From an uncultured Chloroflexia bacterium (lineage in GTDB: Bacteria; Chloroflexota; Dehalococcoidia; UBA2979): a stretch of 64,000 nucleotides of DNA. The notes beneath the pieces were generated by a model, which ran no database searches, was not told where the DNA came from, and saw nothing but the letters and a program-made list of their open reading frames with translations. Below, piece after piece: positions 58,272 to 64,000 of the stretch. The first letter of the stretch is position 1; each line of letters begins with the position of its first letter. The translations under genes and the position numbers were made by a program. Where the stretch lies: positions 512,001 through 576,000 of the forward strand of contig CAVSIV010000006.1 in NCBI GenBank assembly GCA_963728205.1, written 5' to 3'.

Positions 58272-58529
58272 ATGGCGAAGTTCAGGGCGCTCGACCCGAA
58301 GTCGGTCGTGCTGGGGCGCGGGATCTCCGCGCGCGAGGCCCGGCGCCCGTACATCGAGGCGCTGCGGCAGGGCGACGCCGGTCGCGTCGACATCGAGCGC
58401 GGCGAGCGGCCGGGCTCCGTGAAGCGCCATCTGCAGGCGGCAGCGAAGGAGGTCGGCGTGCGCGTGCGCTCCTCGTGGGCGGACGGCAAGCAGCAGAGCC
58501 TCTACTGGAAGAAGGCGCGCTCGCGCTGA
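58272..58529 (+). CDS. Small basic hypothetical protein, possibly DNA-binding
   Basis: GAGGAG SD; Arg/Lys-rich helix-strand pattern. Confidence 0.7.
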   Translation: MAKFRALDPKSVVLGRGISAREARRPYIEALRQGDAGRVDIERGERPGSVKRHLQAAAKEVGVRVRSSWADGKQQSLYWKKARSR

Positions 58530-58558
58530 TCCCCGCGGGGATCGGCACGAGCCGGCCC

Positions 58559-58894
58559 ATGGCGGCACGTCCGCTGCAGCTGCCCGACCGCTTCGAGCGC
58601 CTCCTCGAGGAGTTGCGCGAGGTCGACCCGCTCGACCACGAGCGCGCCGACGAGGACGTCGAGTCGCTCGTCTACCGCGCCGCCCGCACGGGCGACGCGC
58701 TCCATCGCTGCGACGTCTGCGGCCGCCTGATCGTCGAGGTCGATGGCACCGTCGCTTTTCTCGGCGCGCACTACGGCCTCGACGACGACCAGCGCACCGC
58801 GCTGGGGGAGGCGATCATGCGCACCGAGGTCGAGACCGGCGACACCCTCAGCCCGAACTACTGCAGCTACCACGCCCAGATCACGAGCGAGTAG
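58559..58894 (+). CDS. Hypothetical protein with CxxC...CxxH putative zinc site
   Basis: CDVC and CSYH motifs; clean codon usage. Confidence 0.65.
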   Translation: MAARPLQLPDRFERLLEELREVDPLDHERADEDVESLVYRAARTGDALHRCDVCGRLIVEVDGTVAFLGAHYGLDDDQRTALGEAIMRTEVETGDTLSPNYCSYHAQITSE

Positions 58895-59039
58895 CCGAAG
58901 GCGGCCGCCTCCCACAGCGGCGGCAGATATGCCGCCGACAAATCCGCGGACGCAGTTCGCTGCGGCGGCCCCCCCTGTTCGCCCCCTTGTCCGCCCCGTT
59001 TCGGTACGATGTTCCTCCCACCACCGGAGAGCAGGGCGC

Positions 59040-59354
59040 ATGACGATCGAGATCGAGTGGCAGGACCGGCAGGCGCGGCCGCGCTGCTTCTGCGATCACT
59101 GCCACGACGCGATCGCCGACGTCGACGACGGGCTCGCGCTCTGGGAAGAGCGCGACGTCACGGCCGTCGGCCGGCGCGGCGTGTTCCAGGTGCACCGCGG
59201 CTGCGTCGGCGACTTTCGCGGTTCGCGGATGTCCTGCACGGTCGGCGACTGGCTGTCGCAGGACCTCGCGTGGTTCCTCGCGAGCCTCGCGGACGGCGTC
59301 GGCTTCCGCACGGAGGAGCACGTCGAGCGCCTCGCGCGGACCGTCTCGATCTGA
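59040..59354 (+). CDS. Hypothetical protein with CxxC...HxxC putative zinc site
   Basis: CDHC...HRGC; GGAG SD. Confidence 0.65.
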   Translation: MTIEIEWQDRQARPRCFCDHCHDAIADVDDGLALWEERDVTAVGRRGVFQVHRGCVGDFRGSRMSCTVGDWLSQDLAWFLASLADGVGFRTEEHVERLARTVSI

Positions 59355-59433
59355 GCGGCGGCAGCGGGCCGCCGACCTGTCGGCGGCATGTCTGCCGCCG
59401 CTTTGGGAGACGGCGGACCACGCCGCCTGCGGC

Positions 59434-59502
59434 CCGGCGACGAGCCGCGTGTGGCCGGCGACGAGCCGCGTGTGGCCGGCGACGAGCCGCGTGTGGCCGG
59501 CG
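59434..59502. repeat. 21-bp tandem repeat, three copies
   Basis: GGCGACGAGCCGCGTGTGGCC repeated. Confidence 0.8.
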
Positions 59503-59637
59503 ATGTTGCTGCACACAGACCAAGCGTCGCGCCGCCGACCGGGCCGGCGCGACCGGGCCAGGTTCACCGCACGGACCGGTTGCTGGGAACCACCCGCGAA
59601 CGCGAGCGCGCCGCCGGTGCGCGGAGGGAGGACCCGG

Positions 59638-60867
59638 ATGAGCTCCGCAATGCCCCGCGGCGGCGCCGCCGCCGGCACAGCCGTGCGGTCGGCCGCCGGC
59701 GCCACCAGCGCCGCGGCGATCGAGAGCGGCCCCACCTGGGACGCCGCCACCGACGCCGTGATCGCGGCGCTCGCCGGCGCCGAGGACGCGCACCTCGCCG
59801 TCGTCTTCGTCGACTCGCGCTTCAGCGACCACTACGTCGACGTCCTCGCGCGCCTGCGCGCGGCGCTGCGCCCCGGCCGGCTCGTCGGCTGCAGCGGCCA
59901 GGCCGTGATCGGCCCCGGCCGCGAGGCCGAGGACGCGCCCGCCGTCTCCGTGCTCCTGCTCCACCTGCCGGGCGCCGCGCTCACCCCGCTCACGCTCGAC
60001 CCGGAGACCGCCTCCGCGCACGACCTCGACGCGCTCGACGGCGCCGCGGCCACGGCGCTGCTCGTCTTCGCCGACCCGTTCTCCGTGCACGTCGAGCACC
60101 TGCTCGCCGCCATCGAGCAGCGCCGCCCCGGCCTCACGCTGCTCGGCGGGATGGCGTCCTCGCACGACGGCGCGCGGCGCACCGCGGTCTTCCTCGACGG
60201 CGACGTGCACGACGCGGGCGTCGTCATGCTCGCGATCGGCGGCGCCGTGGAGCTGCGCACCGTCGTCGCGCAGGGCGCCGAGCCGATCGGCGAGGCGTGG
60301 ACGATCACCGACTGCGAGCGGAACCTCGTGAAGACGCTCGGCAACCGGCCGCCGGTCGAGGTACTGCGCGAGACCATCGACGCGCTCGACCCGGAGACCA
60401 GCGCGCGCGCCAGCCGCAACCTGCTCGTCGGGCTCGCGCTCGACGAGTATCGCGACGCCTACGGCCGCGGCGACTACCTGATCCGCAACCTGCTCGGCTT
60501 CGACCAGGAGAGCGGCGCGATCGCGGTCAGCGCGAACGTGCACGTCGGCCAGACGCTGCAGTTCCAGTTCCGCGACGCCGTCGCCGCCGACGCCGACCTG
60601 CGCGAGCAGCTCGCGCGCTTCCCGGCCACGCTGGCCACCGGCGAGCACGTCGTGGGTGCGCTGCTGTGCACCTGCAACGGTCGCGGGCGCGGCCTCTTCG
60701 GCACGCCCGACCACGACGCGCGCGCCATCGCCGACGCGCTCGACGCGCTCCCGACCGCCGGCCTGTTCTGCAACGGCGAGATCGGCCCGGTGTCGGGGAA
60801 GGCGTTCCTCCACGGCTTCACGGCGAGCGTCGGCCTGTTCACGACGCGGTCGTTCCCCGCGCAATAA
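59638..60867 (+). CDS. FIST N/C domain signal-transduction protein
   Basis: GCS...E.ED, DPFS, GGMAS, QGAEPIG, CNGRG, GLFCNGEIGP and LHGFT motifs. Confidence 0.92.
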   Translation: MSSAMPRGGAAAGTAVRSAAGATSAAAIESGPTWDAATDAVIAALAGAEDAHLAVVFVDSRFSDHYVDVLARLRAALRPGRLVGCSGQAVIGPGREAEDAPAVSVLLLHLPGAALTPLTLDPETASAHDLDALDGAAATALLVFADPFSVHVEHLLAAIEQRRPGLTLLGGMASSHDGARRTAVFLDGDVHDAGVVMLAIGGAVELRTVVAQGAEPIGEAWTITDCERNLVKTLGNRPPVEVLRETIDALDPETSARASRNLLVGLALDEYRDAYGRGDYLIRNLLGFDQESGAIAVSANVHVGQTLQFQFRDAVAADADLREQLARFPATLATGEHVVGALLCTCNGRGRGLFGTPDHDARAIADALDALPTAGLFCNGEIGPVSGKAFLHGFTASVGLFTTRSFPAQ

Positions 60868-61108
60868 GCGCGCGCGGTACGGCCTGTCCTGAAGCCGTCG
60901 AGGGGTTTCAGGTCTCGTCGGGCAGTCAAAGCGGCGGCAGACATGCCGCCGACAGGACGCGGACGCAGTCCGCGGCTGGCGCCGCGCTTCTGTCGGCGGC
61001 ATATCTGCCGCCGCTTTGGGTGACGTTCATGCGCGCACGGCGCCCCCGGGGGCATGCTGACTGCCGTGGACCGTGGGCCCCCTGGCGACCAGAGGCCACC
61101 CGCGCCGG

Positions 61109-61804
61109 CTATTCCACCGTGAACGGCGTGTGCATGCCGGTCTGGTAGTGGTCGACCGTCGACCCGGCCTCGCCGGGGACGATCAGGCACGCCAGCTCGT
61201 ACTGCCCCGGCCGGAGGTCGACGAGGAACTGCGCCTCCTGCGCGGGCTTCAGCCCCTCGACGTCCGCCACCTCGTGCCTCTGGCCATCCGCGCCCACGGA
61301 CACGACGGCGAGTTCGTGCGTCATCGACGTCGACCGGTTGTGCGCGACGAAGAGGATGGTGCCGGCGGGCACGCTCTTGACGTCGGGCGTGACGGCCCAC
61401 TCCGTGAGGTCGACGTTGACCGTCGCGTCCGCGTCCTCGCCGGTCTGGCGGGCGGCCCCGGTCGGCGAGAGCTCGACGATCGTCGAGGGCCCGCCGGGGA
61501 TGTAGCACTTCACCTTCTGCGCGGTGCCGTCGGAGGGCATCGTGAAGTCGATCTTCCGGGTGCGGCCGTCCGGGACGAGCACCTCCTCGACCTTGGTGCC
61601 GTCCACGCCCTCGACCTCGCGGTCGGCGCCGGCCTCGTTCTTCACGACGATCGTCAGCCGCTCGCCGGCGGCCGCCTGGATCGACGTGGGGGCGCAGGCG
61701 TCGGCGTGCGCGACGATGTTCACCTCGCGTCCGCCGCCGCCGCTCGAGCACGCGGCCAGCGCGGCGGCGGCGAGCAGGACGAGCGCCGTTGTCGGCATCT
61801 TCAC
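61109..61804 (-). CDS. Lipoprotein with two cupredoxin domains
   Basis: LAA-C lipobox; EfeO-N-like first domain; H...C...H...M type 1 copper ligands in the second. Confidence 0.8.
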   Translation of the reverse strand: MKMPTTALVLLAAAALAACSSGGGGREVNIVAHADACAPTSIQAAAGERLTIVVKNEAGADREVEGVDGTKVEEVLVPDGRTRKIDFTMPSDGTAQKVKCYIPGGPSTIVELSPTGAARQTGEDADATVNVDLTEWAVTPDVKSVPAGTILFVAHNRSTSMTHELAVVSVGADGQRHEVADVEGLKPAQEAQFLVDLRPGQYELACLIVPGEAGSTVDHYQTGMHTPFTVE

Positions 61805-61933
61805 GGTGGTGGTCCTTCCCACAGCGGCGGCAGACATGCCGCCGACCGAGCGCGGAGCACGTCCGCGGCTGGCGCCGCGTCCCCGTCGGCGGCATGTCTG
61901 CCGCCGCGGTGGGACGAGCTGTCTTGAGTCCAC

Positions 61934-62800
61934 CTACGCCGCGCCGGGCGAGTCGCCCCGCCGCGCCTCAGGCGCCGGCGCCGGCGCGCGGCGCGGGCCG
62001 CCGACGCCGGCGAGGAACGTCGTGAGCCCGACGGCCAGGTAGGCCCAGAACAGGACGATCTGGCCCCATGTCGGCGCCGGGTCGTAGCCGAGCAGCGTGT
62101 GCAGGAACTTCCCGCCGGTGGTGGTGATCGAGAGCAGCGCGTTCGTGTCCCATGGCCGCGCGCCGAGGTTCGAGATCACGCCGGAGACCTGCAGCGCGGC
62201 GATGCCGTTCGAGAGCAGGCCGGCGCCGATCACGAGCACGACGACGCCGGTGATCGTGAAGAACTGCCGGATCGGCAGCCGGTGCGACCCGCGGTAGACG
62301 CCGTACCCCAGCACCGCCGCGATCGCGAAGCCGGCCGCGCCGCCCGTCCAGAACAGCAGCCCCGACCCGCGCGAGGCGGTCGACCCGGCGAAGAGGAAGA
62401 GCGCCGTCTCGATGCCCTCGCGGATGACCGCGGAGAACGCGAGCCCGGCGAGCGCGAGCACGGAGCCGCCCTCGACGGCGACCTCGACCTGCGAGCGCAG
62501 CTCGCGGCCGATGCCAGCGGCCTGGCGGCGCATCCAGAACACCATCCAGGTGAGGACGCCGACGGCGACGAGCATCGTGCCGCCCTCGAACGCCTCCTGG
62601 GCGGCGCCCGAGAGCTCGGCGGCGGTGAACTGCAGGAAGACGACGACCGCGGCCGTGACGGCGACGGCCGCGGTCGTGCCGAGCCAGATCTCGCGGAAGT
62701 GCCGGCGGTTGCCGGTGCGCGCCAGGTAGCCCAGCACGATGGCGACGACGAGCGCGATCTCGAACCCCTCGCGCAGCGTGACGAGGAAGGAGAAGAGCAA
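61934..62800 (-). CDS. efeU: FTR1-family iron permease
   Basis: Two REGxE motifs (REGFE, REGIE); WMVFWM; several TM helices. Confidence 0.93.
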   Translation of the reverse strand: MLFSFLVTLREGFEIALVVAIVLGYLARTGNRRHFREIWLGTTAAVAVTAAVVVFLQFTAAELSGAAQEAFEGGTMLVAVGVLTWMVFWMRRQAAGIGRELRSQVEVAVEGGSVLALAGLAFSAVIREGIETALFLFAGSTASRGSGLLFWTGGAAGFAIAAVLGYGVYRGSHRLPIRQFFTITGVVVLVIGAGLLSNGIAALQVSGVISNLGARPWDTNALLSITTTGGKFLHTLLGYDPAPTWGQIVLFWAYLAVGLTTFLAGVGGPRRAPAPAPEARRGDSPGAA

Positions 62801-62866
62801 ACCGGCCCCCGCTCGGTTGCCGCGCGCCCTCGACGGGGCGCACGCGTTAGTCCCTGTGATGTTTCA

Positions 62867-62886
62867 AGATTAGGTGATCCTAATCT
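62867..62886. promoter_or_regulatory. DtxR/IdeR-like iron box
   Basis: AGATTAGG-TGAT-CCTAATCT palindrome 66 bp upstream of the FTR1 gene; TTAGG-N4-CCTAA core. Confidence 0.7.
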
Positions 62887-63089
62887 CGACGTATAGTCTC
62901 CACGCTGACAAGGAATGAGTAGGGTCAGATGGACAGGGATGGTCTCGGCATTTTGGCGTAGCGGCGGCGGACTCCCCAAAGCGGCGGCAGACATGCCGCC
63001 GACAGAACGCGGACGCACGTCCGCGGCTGGCGCCGCGCCCCTGTCGGCGGCATGTCTGCCGCCGCTTTGGGGAGTCGCGCCGTGTCGGC

Positions 63090-64000
63090 CTACGCCCAGC
63101 TCTTGCCGCTCGGCGTGCGCAGCGCCTCGGACGGGAGCACCTCCGCGAGCGACTCGGCGATCAGCGTGCGCTGCTCGCCGGCACGCTTCTCCAGCACGCC
63201 ATGCACGCGCACGAACGCCGCGGCGCGCACCTCGTCGCGGTACTGCTCGGTCAGCTCGCGGCTCACCAGCACGTTGACCAGCCCGAACTCGTCCTCGAGC
63301 AGCAGGAAGATGATCCCCTTCGCGGTGAGCGGACGCTGGCGGCACACCACCAGGCCGGCCACGTCGACCCGCCGCCCGCCGGGCAGCGACCGCAGGTGGA
63401 GGCTCGACGCCACGCCCTCGCCGAGCGCCGGGCGCAGGAACTGCATCGGGTGGCTGTCGGGCGACAGCGACAGCAGCTCGTAGTCGGCGGCCATGCGCTG
63501 GTAGGGGTCGAAGTCCGGCAGCGACACCTCGTCCTGCGCGGTCGGCAGCGCGAGCCGCAGCTGCCGCTCCGCCTTCGGCCGGCGCAGCGCCGCCTGCGCG
63601 AGCCCGCCCCCGAGCAGCCCCAGCTGCCAGATCAGCTCGCGCCGGTTCAGCCCGAACGCGTCGAACGCGCCGACGCGCACGAGGTTCGTCGTCGCCCGCC
63701 GGCTCAGCCCCGTGCGCTGCATGAAGTCGAACAGCGAGCGAAACGGCGCGTCCTTGCCGTCCTCGCCGTCCTCGCCGTCTTCGCCGTCCGCGCCTCGCCG
63801 CGCCGCCTCGACCCGCGTCCCGCCGGCCTCGCCCACCCCCTGCACGTAGCCCAGCCCGACCCGGATCGCGTCCGGGCCCTCCGCGGTGCACACCGCGCGG
63901 CTGACGTTGACGTCGGGCCGCCGCACCTCCACCCCGTGCCGCTTCGCGTCGTTCGTCAGCACGTGCGGCGGGTAGAAGCCCATCGGCTGCTCGTTGAACA
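63090..64000 (-). CDS. dnaE2: Error-prone DNA polymerase III alpha, C-terminal part (5' truncated)
   Basis: QPMGFYPP...DAKRHG, RRELIW, RQRP.TAKG..FLLLEDE OB-fold motifs. Confidence 0.9.
   Translation of the reverse strand, partial: FNEQPMGFYPPHVLTNDAKRHGVEVRRPDVNVSRAVCTAEGPDAIRVGLGYVQGVGEAGGTRVEAARRGADGEDGEDGEDGKDAPFRSLFDFMQRTGLSRRATTNLVRVGAFDAFGLNRRELIWQLGLLGGGLAQAALRRPKAERQLRLALPTAQDEVSLPDFDPYQRMAADYELLSLSPDSHPMQFLRPALGEGVASSLHLRSLPGGRRVDVAGLVVCRQRPLTAKGIIFLLLEDEFGLVNVLVSRELTEQYRDEVRAAAFVRVHGVLEKRAGEQRTLIAESLAEVLPSEALRTPSGKSWA

Overview
Very GC-rich (~75% by eye) bacterial chromosomal window with about 55 genes. The gene content (LLM oxidoreductase, class F sortases, CoA-transferase, enoyl-CoA hydratase, short-type transketolase) suggests Chloroflexota, probably Dehalococcoidia/Tepidiformales-like; this is an inference. 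Main content: (1) a selenocysteine formate dehydrogenase operon (in-frame UGA plus SECIS, no Tat signal, Fe-S subunit, NrfD-type anchor) headed by a CBS-SatP channel fusion; (2) a cell-surface locus in which a secreted protein with six Cys-paired ~80-aa repeats and a PAATG-TM-basic tail is followed by three tandem class F sortases sharing a GE[IL]D(A)GG linker motif, the best candidate for an undescribed system; (3) 2-oxoacid dehydrogenase E1a/E1b/E2 genes, an amt-P-II operon with two extra upstream genes, an FTR1 permease plus double cupredoxin under a DtxR/IdeR-like box, tandem HDOD genes, a split CinA-like/NadD-like pair, a probable CC-adding enzyme and the 3' end of dnaE2. Intergenic DNA is dense with at least four repeat families, including REP-like hairpins and REPIN-like doublets, one with its core flipped relative to its flanks. 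Two single-base frameshifts and two ATC starts may be sequencing errors. I found no rRNA, tRNA, CRISPR array or transposase. All product calls come from motif recognition; no database search was run.
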